NCBI GenBank assembly: GCA_964016885.1
Contig: OZ024746.1
Coordinates: 100,068,001 to 100,132,000, forward strand
Length of the DNA stretch: 64,000 nt
Origin: Eledone cirrhosa
Taxonomy: Eukaryota
Reading direction: 5' to 3'
The notes under the pieces were generated by a model. It was not told the DNA's origin and did not search any database. It worked only from the letters and a program-made list of their open reading frames with translations. The translations under genes and the position numbers were made by a program. The number at the start of each line of letters is the position of its first letter. The first letter of the stretch is position 1. Positions 38,662-50,094 of this stretch are shown piece after piece.

Positions 38662-39270
38662 GTCAGGTCACCACTTGGTGCTACTGGTAACATGTATCCC
38701 AGTACAACCTGTCTCATGGTCGGGTCGTTGGCGACTAAACTGGCAACTCCACCAAGGTTTCTTGGTGAGGAGGGTGACTTTGGACATCCTGCAGGACTAA
38801 AAACAAAACCTGTCAAAGGGCAAGGGAGCTCTTAAGAGTCAATGGCCATCCAAAATCACTGGGAGAGATGACCCCTTAGCCTTTGTCAAGGCAGAATTCT
38901 AGGAGAAGGAAAACTCTGATATAACACCTGCAACCCTGATGGTATCCAATGATGTTGACTTGTTCTTCTTTTTGGTAAATATCATCTTGGTTAAGAGAGT
39001 GGGACTGGCTTTGTGCAGTGCCTTTGCTCACTATAAAAGCTTCACGGCACAGGCATTGCTTTATATCTGGAGATCTCTCTGCACTTGTCGTCACATGGTA
39101 CCATGGGCCCAGCACTATGTGTCAATAATTGTCACAAGTGTAGTGTTTGTACCAGAGATTTCAAGTCGTTGGCTGAACTAAAAAGTCACACTCGTTCAGC
39201 GCATCAGTAGGGGTTCTCCTACATGGATATAAAGTAGTGGCCGTACTCGAAAACGAGTTGGCAGCCACCA
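38662..39270 (-). mobile_element. ~610-bp non-coding element flanked by (CATA)n, copy 1
   Basis: Near-identical to 41678-42286, 42741-43349 and 44164-44739; no recognisable protein. Strand inferred from the neighbouring R4 tails. Confidence 0.8.
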
Positions 39271-39454
39271 TGTATGTATGTATGTATGTATGTATTATGT
39301 ATGTATGTATGTATGTATGTATGTATGTATGTATGTATGTATGTATTATGTATGTATTATGTATGTATGTATGTATGTATGTATGTATGTATGTATGTAT
39401 GTATGTATGTATGTACGTATGTATGTATGTATTATGTATGTATGTATGTATGTA

Positions 39455-41598
39455 TGTTCTTCTGGTTTTATAATTTCACAATTTTTTTCCCAATAGAGAG
39501 AGTCAGTTTCTAACATCGACACAAGACTCTCTCATTGGAATTTACACATGAACTAGGTAGATATGTATGTATGTCTGCATGTGTAGATATGGATGTTATT
39601 GTATGTGTGGATGTGGATGTTTTGAGTTGTATGAGAGCATGTGTATATGCTTTGTATCTGTACATGTGTATATGCAGTTATTAGATGCAAAGTTTTTGGA
39701 ATGTTTTACATATTTTTACTGTTCCATTAATGGATTGTACTTGTAATTTCCTAACTAGTTGTGTTCTTTCTGTTCCTGTGAAGCCTAGCTTCTCAAGATT
39801 TGTATTGAGGCAGTTACTAACATATCCCAGTGCCCCAATAATCACAGGCATAAATGTGAAGGTGTAATCAGGGTGGAGTATCTACAGATTTCTCATCAGT
39901 TCTGCATAAATATTCTCCTTTTCGATAATCTTTGATATTATATTGGCATCTGCTGGGCAGCTAATTTCCACTACTGTGCATGCTTTCTTCTCCCTGTCCC
40001 ATATCATAATATCTGGTCTGTTATGCCTGCATTTTATTGGCGTTTTTACTGGAACATTCCACCAGTACTCTTTCATATTATGTATATGGATGTCTTCCAC
40101 ATTGCTGTAGCTTTTAATGTATATATTATCGGGGCTATATTTTTTACGAACTGCATTGTACAGTGTTTTGGCCACTACATCATGCCTCATAGGTATATAG
40201 TACCGCGATGACATCTTTGGACAGCTGCTGATGACATGAGTGACATCTTCGATGTTAATTCTGCAGAGTCTGCACTTGTTATCACAACTAGGTGTTTTAC
40301 CTGCATCCCTATCTCTTTTGTGAATCAGGTATTTCGTGTTAATTTCCTGTTCTTGCATTGCAAAAGCGTATCCTTCAAAGTGGGAGCCAATATAGCGGCT
40401 GTTGTCCAAGATAGACTACTTTCCTTATCTATATTACTCTTACTCTGGAGCTTCCTGGCAACACATCCATGCATGACTTTTTGCTGATAAGCATGAAGTT
40501 TTTCATCCATGGATTCAATGCGATACTGCTGAGCGACATCCCTGGGTGTGAGTTTTTGATTATCACATAGGGAATATATCTCGAGTTCCTTCCCAACTCT
40601 CATGATCTTATCTGTTTCATGCAGATAGACTTGCTCGAGAGACGGGCTCCTACGCTTCGAGGTTCGTAGATGTTGTCGGAGAGATATGATGCGACATTCA
40701 AATGTTGTCTGGACTGATGTTAGGCCTCTGCCTCCTTGCTTTCGTTTCAAGTAAAGGCGGTTTATGTCACTGTTGATGTGGAAGTTTCCGGTGTTGTTTA
40801 GTATTTTTCGAGTTCCAACATCAACTGCTCGGATTTCGTCTATCGTCCAATTGAGTATTCCAAACGTTGGTGTTAGGACAGGCACAGCAAACACATTGGG
40901 AGCCACTGTTTTGTTTTGCTCAGAGAGTTCCGATGACCAGATCTTTCTTAAACGGGTGTAGTATTCCCTGGTTACGCGTTCTTTATTACAGATACCATTA
41001 TAGGATATGTTCTCATCTATCCCCAGGTATCTGTAGCAGTCCTCATCAGATATCGGTGTAACAGTTAGACCATTGATGACAATGATTGGGTTGTTGTTTT
41101 TCCCCGCTTTACAGTCATGTATAAGCATTTATCTTGGCCAAACTCCATTCCTATATCCTTTGAGAACGTTGTAACCAGGTCAAGATTTTTCTTCATCCCA
41201 TCCATGTTCTTGGCATAGAGTTTCAGATCGTCCACAAAGAAGTTATGGGTTAGGTTTGTATTTCTGTCCTCCTGTGAGCCAATGATGTATCCCTCACATT
41301 TCTTGAGCAGAAAGGACAAGGGTTTAATGACAAGATGAACCATATCACAGAGAGACTGTCCCCCTGAAATATACCCCTGCAATATTTTATTTTATCAGTG
41401 AAAATAGAGTCCTCCCTCTCTGTCTTTAACCTTAGGATAGTAGCCCAAGAAGAAGACAGCCTCTCTATGGCTCTGACAATAATGTCTGGGACTTTAGCAA
41501 GTTGGAGGGCCTCTATCATCCAAGAGTGGGGAACAGAATCGAAAGCTTTCTTGTAGTCCAGCCAGACTGTAGTCATATTCCTCCTGTATTCATATTCC
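39455..41598 (-). mobile_element. R4/Dong-clade non-LTR retrotransposon, family B, 5'-truncated
   Basis: WLDYKKAFDSVPHSW, GIFQGDSLS, FFVDDLKLY, YRYLG, GGRGL, CRLC..H..C, RHD, RPDIMIWD...VEISCP in frameshifted ORFs; the 3' UTR ends in (CATA)n. Confidence 0.9.
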
Positions 41599-41677
41599 TA
41601 TGTATGTATGTATGTATGTATGTATGTATGTATGTATGTATGTATGTATGTATGTATGTATGTATGTATGCATGTAT

Positions 41678-42286
41678 GTCAGGTAACCAGTTGGTGCTAC
41701 TGGTAACATGTATCCCAGTATAACCTGTCCCATGGTCGGGTCGTTGGCGACTAAACTGGCAACCCCACCAAGGTTTCTTGGTGAGGAGGGTGACTTTGGA
41801 CATCCTGCAGGACTAAAAACAAAACCTGTCAAAAGGCAAAGGAGCTCTTAAGAGTCAATGGCCATCCAAAATCACCGGGAGAGATGACCCCTTAGCCTTT
41901 GTCAAGGCAGAATTCTAGGAGAAGGAAAACTCTGATGTAACACCTGCAACCCTGATGGTATCCAATGATGTTGACTTGTTCTTCTTTTTGGTAAATATCA
42001 TCTTGGTTAAGAGAGTGAAACTGGCTTTGTGCAGTGCCTTTGCTCACTATAAAAGCTTCACGGCACAGGCATTACTTTATATCTGGAGATCTCTCTGCAC
42101 TTGTCGTCACATGGTACCATGGGCCCAGCACTATGTGTCAATAATTGTCGCAAGTGTAGTGTTTGTACCAGAGTTTTCAAGTCGCTGGCTGGACTAAAAA
42201 GTCACGCTCGTTCAGTGCATCAGTAGGGGTTCTCCTACATGGATATAAAGTAGTGGCCGTACTCGAAAACGAGTTGGCAGCCACCA
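41678..42286 (-). mobile_element. ~610-bp non-coding element, copy 2
   Basis: Near-identical to 38662-39270; (TATG)n on both sides. Confidence 0.8.
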
Positions 42287-42740
42287 TGTATGTATGTATG
42301 TATGTATGTATGTATGTATGTATGTATGTATGTATGTATGTATGTATGTACGTACTTCTGTATGTATGTATGTATGTATATATGTATGTATGCATGTATG
42401 TATGTACGTATGTACTTATATATGTGTTCTTCTGGTTTTATAATTTAACAAATTTTTTTCCCAATAGAGAGAGATTCGGTTTCTAACATAGACACAAGAC
42501 TCTCTCATTGGAAATTACACATCAACTAGGTAGATTATGCATGTCTGCATGTGTAGATATGGATCGTATTGTATGTATGGATGTGGATGTTTATGTATGT
42601 ATGTGTGTATGTATGTATGTATTTATGTGTGTATGTACTTATATATGTATGTATGTATGTATGCATGTACTTATACATGTATGTGTGCTTGTATGTATGT
42701 GTGTGTGTGTATGTATGTATGCATGTACTTATATATGTAT

Positions 42741-43349
42741 GTCAGGTCACCAGTTGGTGCTACTGGTAACATTTATCCCAGTACAACCTGTCTCATGGTC
42801 GGATTGTTGGCGACTAAACTGGCAACCCCACCAAGGTTTCTTGGTGAGGAGGGTGACTTTGGACATCCTGCAGGACTAAAAACAAAACCTGCCAAAGGGC
42901 AAAGGAGCTCTTAAGAGTCAATGGCCATCCAAAATCATCGGGAGAGATGACCCCTTAGCCTTTGCCAAGGCAGAATTCTAGGAGAAGGAAATCTCTGATA
43001 TAAGATCTGCAACCCTGATGGTATCCAATGATGTTGACTTGTTCTTCTTTTTGGTAAATATCATCTTGGTTAAGAGAGTGGGACTGGCTTTGTGCAGTGC
43101 CTTTGCTCACTATAAAAGCTTCACGGCACAGGCATTGCTTTATATCTGGAGATCTCTCTGCACTTGTCGTCACATGGTACCATGGGCCCAGCACTATGTG
43201 TCAATAATTGTCGCAAGTGTAGTGTTTGTACCAGAGTTTTCAAGTCGCTGGCTGGACTAAAAAGTCACACACGTTCAGCGCATCGGTAGGGGTTCTCCTA
43301 CATGGATATAAAGTAGTGGCCGTACTCGAAAACGTATTGGCAGCCACCA
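42741..43349 (-). mobile_element. ~610-bp non-coding element, copy 3
   Basis: Near-identical to 38662-39270. Confidence 0.8.
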
Positions 43350-43369
43350 TATGTGTATGTATGTATGTT

Positions 43370-44127
43370 ATCTCTTTCTCTTAATTTCGAGTATACTTTT
43401 TTGACCGGCCACCTTCCTGGTGGCAAGGTTGTAAAATAAAAGAAATGGTCATCCCTTGAATCGCAAGAATGTTTTGCAAATTTTGAAGGTGCCAGCTATC
43501 GCAGCCATTTGTAGACTATGAATTAGGGAGCTGCGTTCTTTGTCCGCAAATCCAAGTTCAGTCATACTTTGGTCCAAGCGGGTTGGTATATAACCCGTAG
43601 CTCCAATAATGATGGGTCTGAATCTAAAGGTCTATCTTGGATACTGGATTTGTAAACTCCTCATCAATGGTCCGTAGATGTCCTCCTTCTCCTGTATTTT
43701 TCTGACAACGTTTGTATGTATGTATGTATGTATGTATGTATGTATGTATGTATGTATGTATGTATGTATGTGTGTTCTTCTGGTTTTATAATTTCACAAA
43801 GTTTTCCCAATTGAGAGAGTCGGTTTCTAACATAGACACAAGATGCTCTCATTGGAATTTACACAACATCAACTAGGTAGATATGTATGTCAGCATGCAT
43901 GCATGTGTAGATATGGATGTTATTTTATGTGTGGATGTGGATGTTTTGAGTTGTATGTGTCCATGTGTATATGCTTTGTATCTGTACATGTGTATATGCA
44001 GTTATTAGATGCAAAATCTTTGGAATGTTTTACATATTTTTACTGTTCCATTAATGGAGTGTACTTGTAATTTCCTAACTAGTTGTGTTCTTTCTGTTCC
44101 TTTGAAGCCTAGCTTCTCAAGATTTGT
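43370..44127 (-). mobile_element. Two short R4 3' fragments (family A 43370-43712; family B 43772-44127)
   Basis: Match the 3' ends of 36866-38590 and 39455-41598; separated by (TATG)n. Confidence 0.8.
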
Positions 44128-44163
44128 AGTATGTATGTATGTATGTAAATACATACATACAAA

Positions 44164-44739
44164 CATCCCAGTACAACCTGTCTCATGGTCGGGCTGTTGG
44201 CGACTAAACTGGCAACCCCACCAAGGTTTCTTGGTGAGGAGGGTGACTTTGGACATCCTGCAGGACTAAAAACAAAACCTGTCAAAGGGCAAAGGAGCTC
44301 TTAAGAGTCAATGGCCATCCAAAATCACCGGGAGAGATGACCCCTTAGCCTTTGTCAAGGCAGAATTCTAGGAGAAGGAAAACTCTGATATAACACCTGC
44401 AACCCTGATGGTATCCAATGATGTTGACTTGTTCTTCTTTTTGGTAAATATCATCTTGGTTAAGAGAGTGGGACTGGCTTTGTGCAGTGCCTTTGCTCAC
44501 TATAAAAGCTTCACGGCACAGGCATTGCTTTATATCTGGAGATCTCTCTGCATTTGTTGTCACATGGTATCATGGGCCCAGCACTATGTGTCAATAATTG
44601 TCACAAGTCTAGTGTTTGTACCAGAGTTTTCAAGTCGCTGGCTGGACTAAAAAGTCACACTCGTTCAGCGCATCGGTAGGAGTTCTCCTACATGGATATA
44701 AAGTAGTGGCCGTACTCGAAAACGAGTTGGCAGCCACCA
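44164..44739 (-). mobile_element. ~610-bp non-coding element, copy 4 (clipped)
   Basis: Near-identical to 38692-39270. Confidence 0.8.
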
Positions 44740-45694
44740 TGTATGTATGTATGTATGTATGTATGTATGCATGTTCTACCTCTCTTCTTTTAACTTCATG
44801 TTTACGTTGACCAAACATTGCCCAGTGACAAGATTGTAAAGAAAAGGATCTTTCATCTTTTGAACTTTAAGGTCTTAAAGATTTTCAAAGTTCCAGACAT
44901 CGTAGCTATTTGTAGCTTACCAATTTAGGAACTGCGTACTTTATCCAAGTCATGCCATACTCTGGTCTAGGTCGGGTTGTATATAACCTGTATCTACATT
45001 AATACTTGTTTCTACTTTAGTCACAATTTGAAGGGGAGGGGAAGTTGATTAATTGACCCCAGTGCATCTCTGGTACTTTATCTTCTCGCCCACATAAGAA
45101 TGAAAGGCAAAGGTAACTTCGGCGGGATTTGGAATCAGAACGTAAAGTGCCGTAACTTTATGCCGCGAAGCATTTGGACCGACGCTCTACCAATTTTTCC
45201 AATTCACCGCGCTCACCTACAATAATAATGGACACAAAAACATTCGTATATTTTAGCTGCCTTATCAGCAAACTCCTCAGCAATGGTCCAGTGATATCCT
45301 CGTTCGCTTGTATTTCAGTCCCATCTACTCAGTCAACCTCTGGAAATTACAAGGGTTTCGGTTCTATAAGGCTGATACCATTCATTCCAATGCACTTTGG
45401 GACATAACAAACATCTACAGACAAGTTATACTAGAGAAGTTATGACTTTAGGCTAATTCCACAAATATAGAGTGCGTAAGGGCTTAACCTGAGGAGAAAA
45501 ATATATAGAAAGGAGAGAAATAGTAAAACGGATAAGAATAATAAGGACTATAGTCCATATGTGCAGACAAAGAAGGACACTGAGGTGTAGAAAAGTTAAG
45601 AAGGGAGAAACAGTCTGGGTAGCGTGATGTCTATTGTATGATAGTTTCAAAATAAGCCCGCATGACTAAGTCTTTAGAATATAAATTCATTATG

Positions 45695-45745
<51 letters not shown>

Positions 45746-45797
45746 TGGGGATCTCTGATTAGGTGCCGTAACAGCGGTTCAACAAATAAAGAATAGG

Positions 45798-45866
<69 letters not shown>

Positions 45867-47115
45867 TAGAGTGTGCCATAAAAAGCAAGGTCACAGTACT
45901 AATGCTCCCTGTGTATTTTCCCCTTAGAAATACCGCAATTGGTAAAATAAAACATATTTTGTATAAAATAAATTATTTTGAGCCTTGCCTATATCATGGT
46001 GATTATAGTGGAAAGTGTGATTATGTTGCATGAAATCATGAAAATGTGAAACCAAATATGACCATACAATAATTTTTTATTTTATTAATCCATTATATTT
46101 AGTAAACCAGCTTTGAATATAAAGGCGTACAAGGAAGAAACAAGTTCAGTTAAGTTAACTCCAGTCATATCTTTTTCAGAGTTTCTTTTCTGAAATCCGG
46201 GGCCTTGCGACGATGAGCTTCGACTACTTGTAGAACACACTGCTTCTCCTCCTCATTCTTGGTGATGGCAACAAAATCAGTTATCAACTTGACTGCCCTC
46301 TCCGCCAGATCGTTGACTACCTTGATATTGTGAACAACAGTACAGGCATTTTGATATGACGCTTGTGATGACCAAGTTGCAGGTGGCAGCTCAAACCAAG
46401 TATCATCGAGACCAAGGAGATCGAACAGAAGCCTTGATTTCTTCCCAACTAGATGGGGCAGCTTCGTCGACGACTTCAAATCGGGAAATACTGGAGCACC
46501 ACGGTCGAGAGGCCCAGACGTTTTCGTTTTGAAAAGAGGTTGGGCTATTTGTTTCTTCTCGGACTCTTGGACCCGACTTGAAAACAACGCTAGCGGAATG
46601 GCTTCCTCCGTCAGGTACCAAAGATGCCTACTCAGAGCAGTAGTGGCTGCCTGCGAGAGATCTCTGTCAACCTTACTGTACTGTATCAACTCCACGTAGA
46701 ATTGAAGGTCATTGGATGGTGCATCAGCACACTTGACTGCTGTCAGCCAGTATCGCACGTAGAACAAGCACCATTGAAGCTCACATGCTTTTCGTGTTTC
46801 ATAGGACCATCTTTCAGGTAGAAGAAATATCTTAGAACATCCCCCTTTGTTGGTATTTTGTTCGGTGAAAAGGATGTAACATATTGCCCCAGGAGCCATA
46901 TTTCTCGATCATCACAACGGAGCGAGTAGCTACAACTAGGCCCACTGGTTTCCGCCATTATTCTGCCAATTTGCAACTATTAGGCAAACCTTAAATTAAT
47001 CTTAAATAATCAAAATTACATTATAAATTGATAATATACAAAATGGCATGAGAAAATGCATAGGGACCTAAGAAAAAACACTTTTGTGTAAAATGTGGGA
47101 TTCTGGAACACCCTA
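45867..47115 (-). mobile_element. Internally deleted DNA transposon, hATm-like
   Basis: Imperfect TIRs TAGAGTGTGCCATAA / TAGGGTGTTCCAGAA in TA-rich flanks. Transposase N-terminus (IWLLG...KIPTKGDVLRYFFY) is joined out of frame to the C-terminus (HLWYLTEE...VVNDLAERAVKL). Superfamily assigned from recalled motifs. Confidence 0.7.
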
Positions 47116-47325
47116 ATATACACATTTATATACATATACATATGTACACATTTATATACATATACATATGTGCGTATGGGTTATATCGAACACTAATAAT
47201 AATATTCGATCCGTCTGTAAACAAACAGCCCGATGAAAGCCATACCGATGACCAATCGTCATCTGTTTGTTCAACACTGGCACGTACATATGTCTATGTA
47301 TATATGTGTGTATATATATATATAT

Positions 47326-48098
47326 AGTGGTAGAACACTGGAAGGTAATATCCGTAGTGGTAGAGCACTCAGTCCATGGGACGAGTTAGGTAGAAGTGGT
47401 TACACAACAGTTAGTTCACCATACCGAGAACAATTGTTTCACCTTAGCGGATCCTCAGCTCGTAATGGACATGGTTATACGGAACAGGAAGGACACCCGT
47501 ATGAAAGCGCATGCGCAGAAACCGTCACTTCACTCAGGCAATACTAAATTGCGTGCGAGAAGTGTAAGAGGGATAACTGCGAAAGTCCGAAAGTTTCTAG
47601 TTGATAAGAAAATTAGGATGTTGTTGTAATTCAATCCGGAGCTTTGTAGTTATGTAAGAGGTGTTTCGAGGCGTGTGGATAACGTGTGAAGAATTCATTT
47701 CTTGAGTTTAGGCAATCGCTATTGCGTAATCTCTTTAGAATATTTATTCGTTCATCAATACATAGTCCACACGACGGATTTCCCCTTGTGTATGGCTTGG
47801 ACTTAGTGATGGCTTTCCATTGAATGGACTAGTCTATAATTGAGTCCTTGAGGGACCATACGTGGCTCGCGAGTTTCGTGGATGAATGTCTGTCCGGGTA
47901 CCTGAAGGTCGACTGGTGGTTCAGGAAGCGTTCCTTAAATCGGCCATCCGCCATACCCACTCAAGTATAGACTACTCCATTCAATGGAAAGCCATCACTA
48001 ACTCCAAGCTATACGCAAGGGGAAAACCGTCGTGTGGACTATGTATTGATGAGCGAATAAATATTCTAAAGAGATTACGCAATAGCGATTGCCTAAAT
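47326..48098 (-). mobile_element. Second-family PLE 3' fragment with a 5' inversion
   Basis: 47395-47960 is the reverse complement of ~26075-26642; 47961-48098 repeats part of it in the opposite orientation. Confidence 0.85.
47425..47462 (-). ncRNA. Type I hammerhead ribozyme (same family as 26575-26612)
   Basis: Reverse complement of CGAGCTGAGGATCCGCTAAGGTGAAACAATTGTTCTCG. Confidence 0.75.
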
Positions 48099-48603
48099 CA
48101 ATAAATGAACACAGAGGAACCAAACTCCCACTGTCTCTGCCTCCGTCTATCTCGCTCTCCCCATCTCTCACTTTTATAAGCAAATGTGGGCTCACGCGCT
48201 GTCCGCCCCGCGGCTCCGACAGACAAAATAGAGAAGGCGTTTCCCCGGAGGATGGTGAGGGGGACGCACTGGAAGAGCCATTCCAGCTCTGTTTCTAAAT
48301 TAGAAAACATTCGTTATATGTTGATCGTTGTTTGTTGATGGAAAAAGTTGACATGAAAATTGCCGTTACGTCAGATTTATTAATAAACAAACCACTGCAC
48401 AATAATATTATAAATTGTTACATGGTTGAAGCTATTTCTGTATTGTTATCTCTACGCTGACGAGGGTCGATTGACGCATATTTCAGACAGAGATACTTTT
48501 TCGATTATTATATCCTTCACGGCACTAAATATCTTGAGAAAGATATCGATGTCACAACATTGAATCTCTCGCTTCTTCTCTCTCTCCCCTTCTCACACAC
48601 ACA

Positions 48604-48675
<72 letters not shown>

Positions 48676-48694
48676 ATTATTATTATTACTACTA

Positions 48695-48890
48695 GGGCGG
48701 TGTATTGGCAGTATCGGTAGAGGTTCGGACGCCATGCTTTGCAGCATAGAGTTACGGCCCTTTACGGTCTGACTTCAAATCCCGTCGAGGTTAGCTTTGC
48801 CTTTCATCTTTACGGGGTAGATGAAATAAAGTACCAGTAATTTATGGAATAATTGCTGGCCTTGTGCCTAAAGTAGAAACAATTATTATT
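48695..48890 (+). mobile_element. tRNA-derived SINE (main family), full length
   Basis: GGGCGGTGTATTGGCAGTATCGGTAG head, core and tail, between (TTA)n tracts. Confidence 0.8.
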
Positions 48891-49282
48891 ATTACTACTA
48901 CTATTACTACTACTAAAACTCTGTGATTGCTTGTCTCTAATGTAATACAACCAAAAGGACGCATAATGAGAAAATACCTTGACAGGAAGTTGGCCCTGAA
49001 ATGGAAATACAAATGGAATCAAACAAGTTTCTCGTAAATCTAAGCACGGGTTCTCGAGAAATGGGGTTTTCTGGGTACCTTCATAAACAGAGAGAGAGAG
49101 AAGGATAGAGAGGAAGAGATAGTGGTTGTGAGAGAGAGAAAGTTGGTGGTGTTGTTGTGTATATATATGTGAGTGTGTATATATATATATGTGTGAGTGT
49201 GTGTGTGTATATATATATATGTGTGTGAGTGTGTGTGTGTGTGTATATATATATATATCTGTGTGTATATAGATCAGGCACC

Positions 49283-49330
<48 letters not shown>

Positions 49331-49349
49331 TATATATATATATATATGT

Positions 49350-49381
<32 letters not shown>

Positions 49382-49602
49382 TCATTTATATATATATATA
49401 TATATACATAACACAGGTATATATATATATATATATATATGGGCCTTCCAGTTTCATTTCACATTATATATATGTCTGTGTCTATTTTAATTATTTAAAA
49501 ATTATTTTTAAGTGAACAGGATTTTTTTTTTATATTTTGAAGTGAACGTGACCCGTTGGGTCACGAGTGGTCTAGAATATATATATATTTAATATAAAGC
49601 CT

Positions 49603-49653
49603 GGCTTCCTGATGATTTCTCTCGAATGAAACAGTTCTAGTCCTGTAGAAGTC
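49603..49653 (+). ncRNA. Type I hammerhead ribozyme
   Basis: GGCTTC-CTGATGA-T TTC TCTC GAA T-GAAA-CAG TTCTAGTC CTG-TA-GAAGTC. Confidence 0.75.
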
Positions 49654-49990
49654 ATTTATATATATATTGTTATACTTGGGGAGGGTCATATTGTTGTAAT
49701 AATATTGCCAGAAATAATAACAGAACACACTCACTGTTTGGTTGGTTTTCGCTTCTGTATCTTTTATATCTCCATAGTTAATTCATTTGGTCCTCAATGT
49801 TTATCATTGACTGACCAACGGCCAAAAATACAGATATAAACACATATATATAGTCTAACAAAGTTCTTTCGTTGCACATCTGCAGCATCATCAGTGGTGC
49901 TATTATGTTCCTCCTGTTGTATTGTATGTCTACGCCATTTTCGACACACGATTTCATATAAAAAACCTAGCAAAAAAATTCATCGCCGTC

Positions 49991-50025
<35 letters not shown>

Positions 50026-50094
50026 GGTGTATGTATGGATGGATGGTTGTATGAGTGTATGTGTGTGTGTGTGTGTATGTATCTATGTATGTAT

